Shown in pieces: positions 12,001 to 23,119 of a stretch of 64,000 nucleotides of DNA. Source of the DNA: Vicugna vicugna. Lineage: Eukaryota. The stretch is from assembly GCA_013265495.1 (NCBI GenBank), contig MU058423.1:2247061-2311060 (forward strand), given 5' to 3'. The notes beneath the pieces were generated by a model. The model searched no databases, had not been told where the DNA came from, and saw only the letters and a list, made by a program, of their open reading frames with translations. The translations under genes were made by a program, and so were the position numbers. Every line of letters begins with the position of its first letter. Position 1 is the first letter of the stretch.

Positions 12001-13265
12001 CATCTGATTGGAACTTGACAAATTTTGATGTTTTACCAGAGGTCTGCTCTTGCCAACAAAAACAAAAGCCTGAGAGAAGCTGATTTCACGTGTCTAAAGA
12101 TAGTATCATCACTCTCTGGTATGACCTGGTACGTTATGCCTGGACAAGGAGGAATTCCCTCTCAATAAGCACCTGACTGCTGGTCAGCCTCGGGGTTGTC
12201 TCAGGTGAAGGAGACCTCACAGTAAGTGCTCTGGGAACTTGCTGATTAAGAAGCCCTAAAACGCTGCGACGTGTGTGTCTTCATTCATGAATTCTACAAT
12301 GGGAAGCAGTGGGAGTAATTCTTTAACTCGGGGTGAGGTGACGAGGCAGCTCCAGACTACGGTGTCTACGGAACGGGAGGAACAGCTCTAGCAAGAGAAG
12401 AGGGACTGCTGGGCCCTAATGCATGTTTAAATGTGTATTTCTGATCTTTAACAGTTCAGCATCGGCGCACTGGGCACCTCAACACCAGGCACTGTCAAAC
12501 CATGGCCTGAATCTGCAGCGGTTAAGGTCAGAGTGGAAAAGGGCTGTTTCCTCCCTCCTCCCCTCGCAACCTTGGGAGCGGGTAGTACTATTAGTGCTAA
12601 TTAGCTCTGTCTTCGAGGTGCCTTTCAACCCTCTCCAGTCCCTTCCCTGCCCAAACACGCCGTCCGCCGAGCGCTGCGGAACCCACAGGACTAGAAGCAA
12701 AAGATGATTCGGGGTCAGGGGTGCAGCCTTCCGCCCTCTGGAGCGCACGCAGACCACTGACTCTTCACCCCTTAAGTGGGGCAGGGAGCAGATTCCCCAA
12801 GGGCTGGGACCCCAAGGCCGCGCTCACAGCCCAGGCCACAGAGGGGCAAACGAGCGGACACCGGCTCTGGGAGGTTCTGCTGGGCGGCGGAACTCGGGGC
12901 GGGGACCCAGCCTTCACGCCTTCGGCCCCGGGATGCCAGCCTTGCTTCCTGCTCCCTTTGGTTTTAAATGACAACCTCCCTGCCGAACCCTCCAGGAAAC
13001 CCAGCTTGGACCCGAGAGTGGCCCCGGGCCCGGGCCCCCAGCCGCCGCCCGCCTGGTGCTAGCCTCGCCCCCTGAAGCTCCTGACCTCCGAGTCTTTGCG
13101 CTGGTTGCGGTTGAACTCTCGGGCTTTTCCCCCAGGCAGGAGGCCCCCGCCGGTCCGCGGTGAGCCAGGGGGAGGCTGTGCGGTTGCCGGCGGCGGAGGT
13201 GGCGGCGGCTGGGGCTGCTTGTTGTTCAAGATCAGCGGGCCGGGACCGCCGGCTGCCGGCTCCAT
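1..13265 (-). CDS. STRIP1: STRIP1 (FAM40A), striatin-interacting protein 1; exons 1-16, 3' part outside the window
   Basis: Spliced translation [26 protein letters not shown]...[18 protein letters not shown] matches STRIP1 as I recall it; GT-AG introns in phase; known AHCYL1-STRIP1 synteny. Confidence 0.98.
1349..1446 (-). CDS. STRIP1: STRIP1 exon 15 ([15 protein letters not shown]...VLPEEM)
   Basis: ccccag|ATC acceptor, CC|gtgagt donor, 98 bp. Confidence 0.96.
1685..1759 (-). CDS. STRIP1: STRIP1 exon 14 ([25 protein letters not shown])
   Basis: gaaag|GGA acceptor, ATG|gtgag donor, 75 bp. Confidence 0.95.
1900..2110 (-). mobile_element. MIR SINE remnant
   Basis: aactcatttaatccttactacaa...ggaaatgaaagcagaaag...ctaagtggtggagctgggattc resembles antisense MIR. 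Confidence 0.7.
2220..2291 (-). CDS. STRIP1: STRIP1 exon 13 ([24 protein letters not shown])
   Basis: ctccag|CAC acceptor, GGG|gtgag donor, 72 bp. Confidence 0.96.
3380..3443 (-). CDS. STRIP1: STRIP1 exon 12 ([21 protein letters not shown])
   Basis: ctccag|T acceptor, CAG|gtagg donor, 64 bp. Confidence 0.96.
3552..3617 (-). CDS. STRIP1: STRIP1 exon 11 ([21 protein letters not shown])
   Basis: ggcag|A acceptor, AG|gtgag donor, 66 bp. Confidence 0.96.
4553..4770 (-). CDS. STRIP1: STRIP1 exon 10 ([11 protein letters not shown]...LPWAPKV)
   Basis: ctcag|GCT acceptor, AG|gtgag donor, 218 bp. Confidence 0.96.
5145..5327 (-). CDS. STRIP1: STRIP1 exon 9 ([10 protein letters not shown]...GRREHK)
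   Basis: atgcag|TGC acceptor, AAG|gtgag donor, 183 bp. Confidence 0.96.
5601..5775 (+). mobile_element. 5'-truncated artiodactyl/camelid-type L1 3' end with poly(A) and TSD
   Basis: tgtatagcacaggg...cacaacattgtaaaatgactataactcaattaaaaa; AAAAAAAAGGCCTG at 5587-5600 and 5776-5789. Confidence 0.85.
6683..6810 (-). CDS. STRIP1: STRIP1 exon 8 (SPLYNNEPF...LLLWKTVL)
   Basis: ctccag|GT acceptor, CTG|gtgag donor, 128 bp. Confidence 0.96.
6920..7026 (-). CDS. STRIP1: STRIP1 exon 7 ([11 protein letters not shown]...TFRAEL)
   Basis: ctccag|G acceptor, G|gtagg donor, 107 bp. Confidence 0.96.
8053..8121 (-). CDS. STRIP1: STRIP1 exon 6 ([22 protein letters not shown])
   Basis: gtgcag|C acceptor, AG|gtgag donor, 69 bp. 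Confidence 0.96.
8254..8490 (+). mobile_element. MIR SINE, near full length
   Basis: agtgggtaagga...ccagactgcc...ccttgggcaag...cttcctcatctgtaatatgggg...cttagaacaatgcctgg. Confidence 0.85.
8946..9066 (-). CDS. STRIP1: STRIP1 exon 5 ([11 protein letters not shown]...ELLNMEI)
   Basis: tgcag|GC acceptor, GA|gtgag donor, 121 bp. Confidence 0.96.
9157..9291 (-). CDS. STRIP1: STRIP1 exon 4 (TDKKWTELD...ILYVAQ)
   Basis: ggcag|TG acceptor, G|gtactg donor, 135 bp. Confidence 0.96.
9718..9792 (-). CDS. STRIP1: STRIP1 exon 3 ([24 protein letters not shown])
   Basis: taacag|AG acceptor, G|gtgag donor, 75 bp. Confidence 0.96.
10545..10614 (-). CDS. STRIP1: STRIP1 exon 2 ([23 protein letters not shown])
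   Basis: caacag|GGC acceptor, G|gtaaag donor, 70 bp. Confidence 0.96.
10790..11007 (+). mobile_element. L2 LINE 3' end
   Basis: gtctgcctcttccccatgagactgtaagttccctgag...tgaatgaatgaat tail. Confidence 0.75.
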
Positions 13266-13420
13266 CTTGGCTGCTCCACACCCCCGGCTCAATTCACGGA
13301 CACTGTCTGTGATCCAACTCTCGCGTGACTTCCTCCGGGAACGCTCTCTGGTCGCCATATTAAGTGTGGCGGCAGGTTCCGGAAGCCATCTTGGCTGCCC
13401 AACACCTCGCGAGATGACCT
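12650..13420. promoter_or_regulatory. CpG-island promoter of STRIP1
   Basis: High CpG density around exon 1; YY1-like AAGATGGC (13385-13392, - strand), ETS palindrome TTCCGGAA 13377-13384, CTCGCGAGA 13406-13414. Confidence 0.88.
13086..13265 (-). CDS. STRIP1: STRIP1 exon 1 (MEPAAGGPG...NQRKDSE)
   Basis: Kozak context gccAAGATGG; GAG|gtcag donor; 180 bp. Confidence 0.96.
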
Positions 13421-13609
13421 CTGTTTGAAATTTTATTTTGTTTGAAATCTCTGTTCTTTCAGTTTCTACTCTGTTTCTATTCCAGCTTATAGGTCGTTTA
13501 GTCTGTGAAACCTCCCTTTGCCCATCAGTTTTAGTGCCCCGCCACCCCCACCTTCCTTTAAGATCGCTTTGCTCTTGTCACCGTTACAGCCCTGATTTCA
13601 GAACTTAGT

Positions 13610-14640
13610 GGGGTATAGTTAGTGGTGAACAAAATGGATCCTAGTCTTCATGGAGTTTACATTCACGAGGGGAGAGATGTGCGAAACAAATCAATAAATG
13701 AATAAAACAATTATAGTTACGATATTCATTAATCACTTATTCAACAAACATTTAATGACTATTTCTTACGCTCCAGCCAGTGCGATAGAATGGGGAACAA
13801 AATCAGGTTCCTGCACTAATGGTACATAACACAGTGTCTAAGTGGGAGAGACAAACAATGTGCACACGAATATATTAGACAAATAAATGCTGAGAAGAAA
13901 CAAAAAGGAGTGTAAGACCTTCAAAGGTGGCAGTGATGGGGACCGGGGAGGTTAAGCAAGGCTATATTAGGTAGACTGCTCAGGGAAGGCTGGCCTGAGA
14001 GTGAAATTTTTTAATGCGTTCTGAAAGTGAGGGAGAGCCATGCAAGATCCATGCGGGCAATACAGGCAGAGGGGCCAACAAACTGCAGAGCCTCTGAGGT
14101 TAGCATGGCAGCAACTCACTGAGCCAGGAGATGAATAGTAGGAGATGAGGGCCGGGTAAATGCAGAAGCCAGATAAATATACGGCCTTGAAGGGCATGGA
14201 AAGCAGTTTGAATTTTATTCTAAATGAAATGGAAAACCATCAGAAGGCGTTAACCAGGAAGCTGCCATGGCTTGATGCTTTAAAGACCAATCTGGCTGCT
14301 TTTGGAGAAGGGACTGAGGAGTTGCAAAAGTAGCCGAGGGTAGACAGGTTAGGAGACTATATAGATGGAAACGATGGTGGCTTACACCAGGGTGGTGTTG
14401 GATTGATAGAGTATTTCTATATTGTGTAGGTAGATTCAACAGGATTTGCTGAAAGACTGGAATCCTGTCAGCAGGATAGGGAGGAATAAAGGATGTGTCC
14501 TAGATCTTTGATTTGAGCAACTGAGTGTGTTGTATTGTTTATTAAAATAGAGAAGTCTGGGAGAAAGAAAAACGGGTTTAGGGGGAAGATCAAGACATGT
14601 CATGTTTGAGATGCCCTTTTGACATCTTAGAAGTGATGTG
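13610..14640 (-). mobile_element. L2 LINE remnant(s)
   Basis: attcaacaaacattta...; ttttattctaaatgaaatggaaaacca; ggatttgctgaaagactgg; catgtttgagatgcc. Confidence 0.75.
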
Positions 14641-15169
14641 TAATAATTACCTTTACTGTGTTGTGAAATTCTTAAAGGCATTTTTTTTCATCTTTCTCTC
14701 TCCAAACTACATCTTTGCTGCTCCACACTCCTAGCTCAGTTCTCAGAAAGTCATTGTGATGCAACTCTTGCATGATTTCTACCAAGGTCCCACCTAGTAG
14801 GTGCTTTAAAAATCTTTGTTGCCAAATAATGAATAAATTCAAAGCCACTGTGTTGCTACTTCCTTCTACCAATCTTCCTGTCCTTTGCCCCTGTTCCTTT
14901 TCAAATCCCATAATATACTTTAAAAACTAGCATTTCATCCAAGCTGGGCTAGGTCAAGCTAGTCAGAAAAACTAGGGAATTTGCAGGAAAAGGACTAATG
15001 CTGGCAGGCTTCTTAGATAAAAACAAATCCCACACAACCCAACACACACTTGATATCTAGTTTCAGTGGCTACAGTTTGGTCAAGTTCTAAGACTGACTG
15101 ACCACAAGCTCTATCACCTGGGCAAAAATTTAGACCTTTAAACACAGTACACTGTTTCAGCTACATTCA

Positions 15170-15610
15170 GAATAAAGTATGTTTTGGTTCAGTAATTCCA
15201 TTTCTAGTGATAGATTCTAAGGACATAATCAAAGATTTAGACAAAGGTATAGTATGGTGATGTTCCAGGCAGTGGTATTTTCAATAGTGTAAAGTTAGGA
15301 CCAGGCTAATTTGAGAAATAGCCAATAAGAAAATGGCTAACTAAATAATGGGGCATGCAAAAGATTGAATATAGAGAAGCTGTTAATATTTGTGTTTAAT
15401 ATTAAGAAGAATTTTTAGTGGCATGGAGAAATGCTTATGATATAATTGAACATACAATTGCTTCTCAATGTGTGTGTGTGTGTGTAGAAAAAAGATTGGA
15501 AGGAAATATACCAGAATCTTAGCAGGTTTTATTTCTGGATAGTGGAAACACAGGTTATTTTCACTTCCTTCTTTATACTTTTCTGTTTTTGAAAATTTTA
15601 TAATCAATGT
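15170..15610 (+). mobile_element. Old L1 (L1ME-like) 3' fragment containing a (TG)8 tract at 15469-15484
   Basis: cagtaattccatttctag...gaaaaaagattggaaggaaatataccaga. Confidence 0.6.
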
Positions 15611-15616
15611 GCTATT

Positions 15617-16035
15617 CTTATTGAGGTATAATTCATATACAATAAACTGTACATGTCCAAAGCATACAATTTGATATGTTTTGACATATATACAAGCACC
15701 ATAATTCATCAGCACAATCAAGATAATGAATAAACCCATCACCTCAAAAAGTTTTCTTATGCCCCTTAGTAATCATCTCTCCACTCATTACCGTGCCTCT
15801 CTCCCATTCCAGGTAACCACTATTAAGCTTTCTGACATCATAGGTATGTTTGTATCTTCTACAGTTTTACAATAACAGAATCATGCAATATGTATTCTTT
15901 TTTGTCTGAATTCTTTCACTTAACATAATTACTTTGAAATTCATCCATCTTGTTGCATGATATCAATAGTATATAAATAGTATTCCATTGTGTATCCACT
16001 TACTTGTTGATAGACATGTCAGTTGTTTCCAATTG
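15617..16035 (-). mobile_element. Old L1 (L1MB/MC-like) 3' end
   Basis: ttattgaggtataattcatatacaataaactg...gtaaccacta...ttcatccatcttgttgcatg. Confidence 0.8.
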
Positions 16036-17081
16036 TTCTTGCTTGTTCAAACTTAATATTGAGAAGTAACAAGACTTCTTTTCTTTTCTTTTTATAAGAA
16101 TTGTCTCAGCTCGTCTTGGAATCTTTCCTGAATGAAATGCAGTGTCTCCAAGCTGTGATGAGCTCAAGAATTCTAGATAGGGGAGTTAAATACTTAACTT
16201 GGCATGAATTTTGAGTTCCAGAGAGTCCTCACTTCACCCTGGCAAAAAGCCCTTCAACTCCATGTGGCATCAGGTAGGAAAAAGAATCCCAGATGTGAGA
16301 AAGCTTAAGTCCAGCTGGTGAACTCACTCCCCTCCATTGGCTAAGAAACTTTCAGAAAAGCACAACCCAGGATGGGGTGGAAGTTGCAGAAGATATTTCA
16401 TGCATTTCTCTTTTCTGTCTTCTTTTCTCATCTGTAAAATGAGGATAATCCCATCTCTCCTTAAGGCTATGGACTAAATGAGCTAATTTATCTGAAATCA
16501 TATTAAAAAGTATACATGTTTGCTTTTAAAAAGAGAATTATTATTATTACAAAGAGGTGAAGCCTATAGTGAGAAGGCCCTTCCTTTGCCAGAAGCAGTC
16601 ATAGTTCAAGAGACTAGAGGAAATACAATTTCATATTTGAGCCATCATAGCATTGCAGGGGCTGTACCAAAACGTGGTAGTTGTTCCAGCTGGGCTCTGT
16701 AGAGGAAAATTGGCACATACTGTGTGCCTATAGAGTATCAGGTACTGGGCAAGATGCTTCACATCCATCCATCCCTAAGTGCATGCTGGGAGGCAAAATA
16801 AACCTGTTTCTGGCAGTTTCCATCTTAGCTCAGATTAAGCCACTGAAATGCTCAGTGTTAAAGTCATGACCCCTAGCATATCTTTGGGCCAGATTTTAAC
16901 CTCTAGCTGCAGTGCCTCGTGGAGTTCTCTTCATCAATGACTATGAGAAGAGGAAAAGATTTATTATGTTTTAGTTAGTCATTAATAAATAAGGCAAATA
17001 ATATTAACCTTACCTCCCAAAGGAATCAGTTAGCTTAACTCTATCTCAGGTTAAATTAATTTATAACTTCCTAGCCTTCTT

Positions 17082-17276
17082 TTTTTTTTAATTGGAGTAT
17101 AGTAAGTTACAATATATCAATTTCTGCTGTGCAGCATAATGTCAGTCATGCATATATATATATACACATATATTCATTTACATATTCTTTTTCATTAAAG
17201 GTTATTACAAGACGTTAAATATAGTTCCCTATACAGAAGAAATTTGTTTCTTTAATCTACTTTTATGTATAGTGGT
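17082..17276 (-). mobile_element. Artiodactyl-type L1 3' end with degenerate 18-bp TSD
   Basis: poly(T) then aattggagtatagt...ttacaat...; taacttcctagccttctt 17064-17081 vs taacctcctaggcttctt 17277-17294. Confidence 0.8.
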
Positions 17277-17354
17277 TAACCTCCTAGGCTTCTTATGTTC
17301 AGTATGGCTCAGTCAGAAGAGGATCCAAACATACATCCAGGGTCTGATTTGACG

Positions 17355-17935
17355 TCTCACTTGGATGCCCAAAAAGCACTTCACCCTTAACATGTTACAC
17401 ACAGAACTCTGGATTCTCCCTTTCTTGCCCCAAACCTGCTCTTCTGCTTTTCCTTATCTAAATCAGTGTTATTACCAACCACCCATTTTTCTCAAGTCAA
17501 AACCTGTAAGACATCCTTAATTCCTCTCTCTCTCTCTCTTTTAATTCCTCCCTTCCTGACCCCTCACATCTAGTCCAATAACTCTTCGACCAAAACATGT
17601 CCTGGAGCTCCCTATTCATGATCCTCACCACGCTAGCCTTCCCCAGTTACTCTCCTGCTGCCCTACAACTGGTTATCCCTGAAGCCAGAGCTTTTAGAAC
17701 CATGTACCAACTCACATCACTCACTTGCTCTCAATCTGCCATGGTTTCCCACCTCAGTTAGACTTAAATCCTAACTCTACCCCAACATACAAGGCCCGCG
17801 TGGGCCCAACAGGGATCTGCCTGCTTCTCTGACCTCATCTCCTACACTCTCCTCCTTTAGCCTCATGCCCTCCATCCTATTTCTCTAACATACCAACCTT
17901 GCTGCTATCTCAAGACCTTTGCACTTGCTGGTTTT
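17355..17935 (+). mobile_element. L2 LINE remnant
   Basis: cacttggatg...ccttaacatgt...cagaactc...caaacctgctct...cctttgcacttgctg. Confidence 0.7.
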
Positions 17936-17989
17936 CTGAGGGTGGTGGCAGGAATAGGGGAAAGAGAAGCCTGGAATACTATAGATATG

Positions 17990-18171
17990 ATAGTAATCAT
18001 AACAGCAGCAAGTATTTATGTGTGCTTACTGTGTGGCACGCACCATGCCAAGGGCTTAAACTCATTGAATCCTCCCAACAGTCCTATGGGATGAACACTG
18101 GTGTTTCTCCCATTCTGCAGATGAAGAGACCAAGACACAGAGAGGTAAAGTATTTGCTGCAGGCCACATAG
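17990..18171 (-). mobile_element. MIR SINE, truncated at an LTR
   Basis: gtgcttactgtgtggca...ctcattgaatcctcccaacag...cccattctgcagatgaag...cacagagaggtaaagtatttgc. Confidence 0.8.
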
Positions 18172-18627
18172 TGTCTTAGGTCAGGGTCCCCAGAAAGCAT
18201 GCTCTCAGGCAGAGATTTGCATTTTAGAGGTGTGTTGGGGACTGTCCCTGAGTCTTTGGTAACATCTGTGAGGACGTGAGAGAAACAGGGTTGGGTAGAA
18301 GGAGAAGTTGAACTGTGACACAGTTGCAGCAGAGGTTGCAGTGGGTCCCCAGGGCACTCTAGAACTGAGATGATCCTTCAGAGTTGCCCAAGCTGGAGAT
18401 CAAGGGGCCAGGATTTAATACTCCTGCATGGACAGATCTTTGGGTGGCAGGCTGTCTCTGGGGGAAGGGACACATCTTTGTGCAAGGTAACTTTCTTTAC
18501 TAATGGCAACAACTGGAGAAGGACTTAGCTGCAAACTACCAGCAGCCAGCTTTCCTGGCAGTAGAAGAATGAGGGCCGCAATCCTGGAGGGGGAATTTGA
18601 GCAGTGCATCACAATAGCCATGCTACA
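18172..18627 (-). mobile_element. ERVL-type solo LTR (subfamily uncertain)
   Basis: TG...CA termini (tgtcttaggtc...gctaca), ~455 bp, recalled similarity to old ERVL LTRs. Confidence 0.55.
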
Positions 18628-18630
18628 TCA

Positions 18631-19280
18631 TGTATTAGTTTCTAGTTCTGTGTAGCAAACCACCTAACACTTAAAGGATTAAAACAACAAACATTTATTA
18701 TCCTGTAGCTTCTATGGGTCAAGAATCAAGTTGGCTTAGCTAGGTGCCTCTAGCTCAAGGTTGTTAAAGAAAAAAATTATTCTGACACTTGTTAAAGTGG
18801 AAAGGAAGCCTTTATTCAGGACTATTGTGATAGGTGTCAAGGCTATTGCAATAGGTGAGAGAGTTTGGGGTCAACTCCAAATACAAAAAAGACAGCTGGG
18901 GATTTGTAGCCAATAAGTGCAGTGAGGGGGTCAGTGGATGAAAAATTACTAAGAGGAGACATCAGGGTTAGGGGGGTTCTTGCTTAAGTGACAATAGGAT
19001 TCTGGCTGAAGGCCTGCCAGGGTGATCAGGTATCATGGGTAGGGGATGAGGGGTATGATCAATTATCAAGGGTAAACATACCAGGGGTGAAGGAATTCTT
19101 GCTACAATTGGGTATGCAGGCCCAGCAAGGATCGGGGCCAAGGTAAGGCCTAGTCAAGAAGGCTCAGAGGAGCCTGAATAAAGTTTGGTCAGGTAGAGCC
19201 TTTGTCAAGGTCTCTCATGAAGTTACAGTCAAGCTGTTGGCCAGGGCTGTAGTCTCATCTGGAGGCTTGGCTTGGGGAGG
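18631..19280 (-). mobile_element. MaLR MLT1-type LTR split by a younger LTR
   Basis: tgtattagttt...aaaacaacaaacatttatt...ctcaaggt | ctctcatgaagttacagtcaag...ggctgtagtctcatctggaggcttg. Confidence 0.75.
18762..19207 (-). mobile_element. ERV1-class solo LTR with 4-bp TSD
   Basis: TG...CA ends; AGGT at 18758-18761 and 19208-19211; AATAAA on - strand near 18811. Confidence 0.8.
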
Positions 19281-19339
19281 GGGGAGTTGGTGGGCTATAT
19301 TCAAAGGACATTTAAGTGGTAAAATCGTAGGAATTGTGG

Positions 19340-22300
19340 GAGAGGATTCTGGAGAGATAATGGGGTAGGAAGCACCAGGAATCTGGTGCCCCACCTAGAC
19401 AACAATTGCACTGGCAGAATAGTTTGATGCAACTATTTTGAAACTCTGGAGTCTGGTGAAAGCTTACAACTTCCAGAGGAAGACTTGGAAGGTAAATTGT
19501 GGTTCATTACAGTCAATTTCATCTTTTGGCACAGTAGCAGCTATCCACCCTTCACCCCTAGCCATGGGGCAGGCAGCTCTGCACACAGCATGGAGCACAT
19601 TGAGCACTGCTTCAGGGTGGGCAAAAAGAACCCTGTTTCTCCAAATATTGGGGATCTGTGCTCTGATCACTGACTGCTGCTTCTGGTCACAGACTGCTGT
19701 TTCTGGTCACAATACTGTAGCTATATGAAGAAATTATGATCTCAATGAAGGTAAATAGGTGGGCAATTATAAAAGATAGTTATTATTATAACAATGGTTT
19801 ATATTTGTACTTTTTGTTTTCTATGTAATTTAAGAGACTAATATAGTAAAAGAAAAAAGTGTTAGTAAAAAAAACTAGTATTACTGTAGCCGGTTTGTAA
19901 CACATCTTGTTTTATATGATTTATGAGACTAATGCATTTAAAATAATTATTAGTTTATATTTTGGGGTGCACAATGTATAAAGATGATGTTTTGTGACAT
20001 TAACAACAAAAAGGGTGAGCACAGAGCTGTAAAGAAGCATAGGTTTTTGTTTTGTTTTGTTTTTGAAGGTATGAATTCAAATTAGAGTACTATAACTTTA
20101 GGATGTTAAATGTAATCTCATGATAATCACTAAGAAAACAGCTATTACAGTATAGACAAAAGGAAATGAAAAGAAAATTAAGAGTTCACCGCAAGAATCA
20201 ACTGAACAGTAAAGAAGAAAGTAACGAGGGACCAAAAAAAAAGCTACAGGACATATGGAAAACAAACAGCACAGTAACAGAATTAAGTCCTTCCTTATAA
20301 GTAATACTTTTAATGTAAATGGGTTAAATTCCCTAATCAATAGACAGATGTTGGCAGAATGGATAGAAACACATGACCCGACTATACCTTGTCTATAAGA
20401 GACTCACTTGAGATCCAAAGATACAAGCAGGTTGAAAGTGAAAGGATGGACAAGATATTCCACACAAATAGTAACCAAAAGAGAGAGGTGGCTATACTAA
20501 CATCAGACAAAATAGATTTTAAATTAAAACAAGTTTAAAATAGACAAAGGACATTATATATTAATAACAGTTACAATACAGTAAGAAGCTATAGTAATTA
20601 TAAACATTTATACACCTAATGAAGATCATCAAAATATATGAAGAAAAAACTGACAAAATTGAAGGGAGAAATAGTTCCATGATAATAGTTGGATATTTCA
20701 ATACCCTATTCACAATAATGGATAGAATCAGATAAAAGATAAGTAAGGAAAAAGAGAACTTAAACAACACAATAAGCCAACTAGATCTAACAGACACAGA
20801 ACACTCTACCCAACAACAACAGCAAACACCTTTCTCTCAAGGGCACGTGGGACATTTTCCAGGATAGATCATGTTAGGCAACACATTTAAGTCTCAACAG
20901 ATTTAAAAAAGATAGGTATCATACAAAATATCTTCTTTAACCACAATAGAATGAAGTTACAAATCAATGACAAAAGTAAAGCTGGAAAATTTACTGAACT
21001 ATGGAAATTAAACAGCACACTTTTAAACAACCAATAGATGGAAGCAGAAATCACAAGGTTACATTACAAAATACTGAGAAATGAATGAAAACAAAACCCT
21101 CAAGTATTTAAACTTATGGGGTGCAGTGAAAGCAATGCTAATGGCAATTTTATAGCTATAAGCACTTGCATTTAAAAAACAAGAAAGGTCTCAAATCCAA
21201 AATCTAACTTAATAACTTAAATAACTAGAAAAAGAAAAACAAATTAAACCCAAAGCTAGCAGAGGGAAGGAAATAATAAAGCTTAGAGAAAAGATAAATA
21301 AGAGAATAGAAAAACAATAGAGAAGAATCAATGAAACAAAAAGTTGGTTCTTCAAAATCATCAACAAAATTGACAAAATTTTAGCAGATGGACTTCAAAA
21401 AAAGAAGAGAAGACTCAAATTATTAAAATCAGAAATGAAAGTGGGGATATTACTATGGATTCCACAGAAATAAAAAGAATTGTAAGAGTACTATGAATAA
21501 CTGTACACCAAAAATTTGAATAACCTACATGATATGGACAAATTCCTGGAAACACAATTGGCATGATGAAAATTTAAAAATTTTGTGCATTAAAAAGAAA
21601 CTACCCATAGAGTAAAAAGGCAACCCATAGAATGGGAGAAAATATCTGCAAATCATGTATCTGATAAGGAACTGATATCCAGAATACACAGAGAAACCAT
21701 AAAACTCAACAACAAAAAAACAGTATTCAAAAATGTCCAAAGGACATGACTATACATTTTTCCTAAGACATACAAATGGCCAGTAGCACATGAAGAGATC
21801 ATTAACCATTAGGGAAACAAATCAAAACTACTATGAGATACCACCTCACTCCCATTAGGATGGCTACTATCAAAGAACCAGAAAACAAGTGTTGGCAAAG
21901 ATATGCAGAAACTGGAATCCTTGTGTACTGTTCATGGGAATGTTAAATGGTATAGATACTGTGGAAAACAGTTTGGTTGTTTCTCAAAACACTGAAAACA
22001 GATTTACCATGTGATCCAGCAATTCCACTTCTGGGTATATACCCCAAAGAATTGAAAATAGGGTCTTAAGGAGATATTTGTACACTCATGTTCTTGGTGG
22101 CATTAGTCACAATAGGCAGAATGTGGAAGCAACCCATGTCCAGTGATGGGTGTATGCATAAGCAAAGTATGGTACATAAACAATTGAGTAGTATTCAGCC
22201 TCAAAGAGGAAGGAAATTCTGCAATATGCTAGAGCATGGATGAACCTTGGTCATCATGCTAAATGAAATAAGCCAATCACAAAAAGGCAAATACATATTA

Positions 22301-22570
22301 TTCCACTTATATGAGGTAATTAGAGAAGTTAAATGCTTAAGAGACAGGAAGTGTAATGGTGGTTTCCAGGGGCTGGAAGGAGAAGGGAATGGGGAGTTGT
22401 TGTTTACTAGGCAGAGTTTCAGTTTTACAAGATGAAAGAGTTAAGGGGGTGAATGGTGGTGATGATGGCACAACAATGTGAATGTATATAATACCACTTA
22501 ACTGTGCACTTAAAAATGTTTAAGATGGCAAATTTTATGTTGTGTATTTTTTCACAATGAAAAAGAAAAT
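19340..22570 (+). mobile_element. Degenerate L1 (L1MB-like): 5' UTR, endonuclease region, ORF2 C-terminus and 3' UTR, internally deleted
   Basis: aatgtaaatgggttaaattccc (NVNGLNS, APE endonuclease start ~20312); gatccagcaattccacttctgggtatatacccc; atggatgaacctt; aaaatgtttaagatggcaaattttatgt; many stops and frameshifts. Confidence 0.9.
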
Positions 22571-23119
22571 TCAATTAAAAATCAGTTGAGCATAAATATT
22601 ATATTTATTTTTGGAAAAAATGGTAGGGATTGCTGCATCTCCATTTTCATATTATTTAGTGATGTTTTCATATGATTCACTTGATTTTGAGAGGAAAATT
22701 AGAAAAGAGCGAAGAGCTCATTTACTGGAGATTAGGAAATCCACAGGAAAAAGGCACAAGTGCTGGTATGTGTGAGAGTTTCCTCCTTATCATGTATTAC
22801 CATTAGCCTTGAGATAAATCAGTCTTTCCTTGAAAAAAAAAATTACATAAATCCATCCCCTTTGTTGACAAACTTGCATAAAAGCAGTGAGAGCTAGTTC
22901 ACCTCAGAGAAGGTTGTGCTCAGTTCAACTTCAGCTCCTTATTACTTCCCCTGACTAGAAAACACCTCTAAATTTGTCCTTCAGAAGTAACTTGCCCAGA
23001 TAGGAACAAAAAGGCATGAAAAGCATTGAAAAGAATCGGCCTTTTGTTTGGTGTTTATGCACTGCAATAGAGGAATCAGTAATGAGTATGTGTGATAACT
23101 TGTGATTTAAAAACAACCA

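Noticed and set aside
20300..22300. Possible active L1 ORF2
   Set aside because: Many stops and frameshifts, RT core absent, no long ORF in the six-frame track
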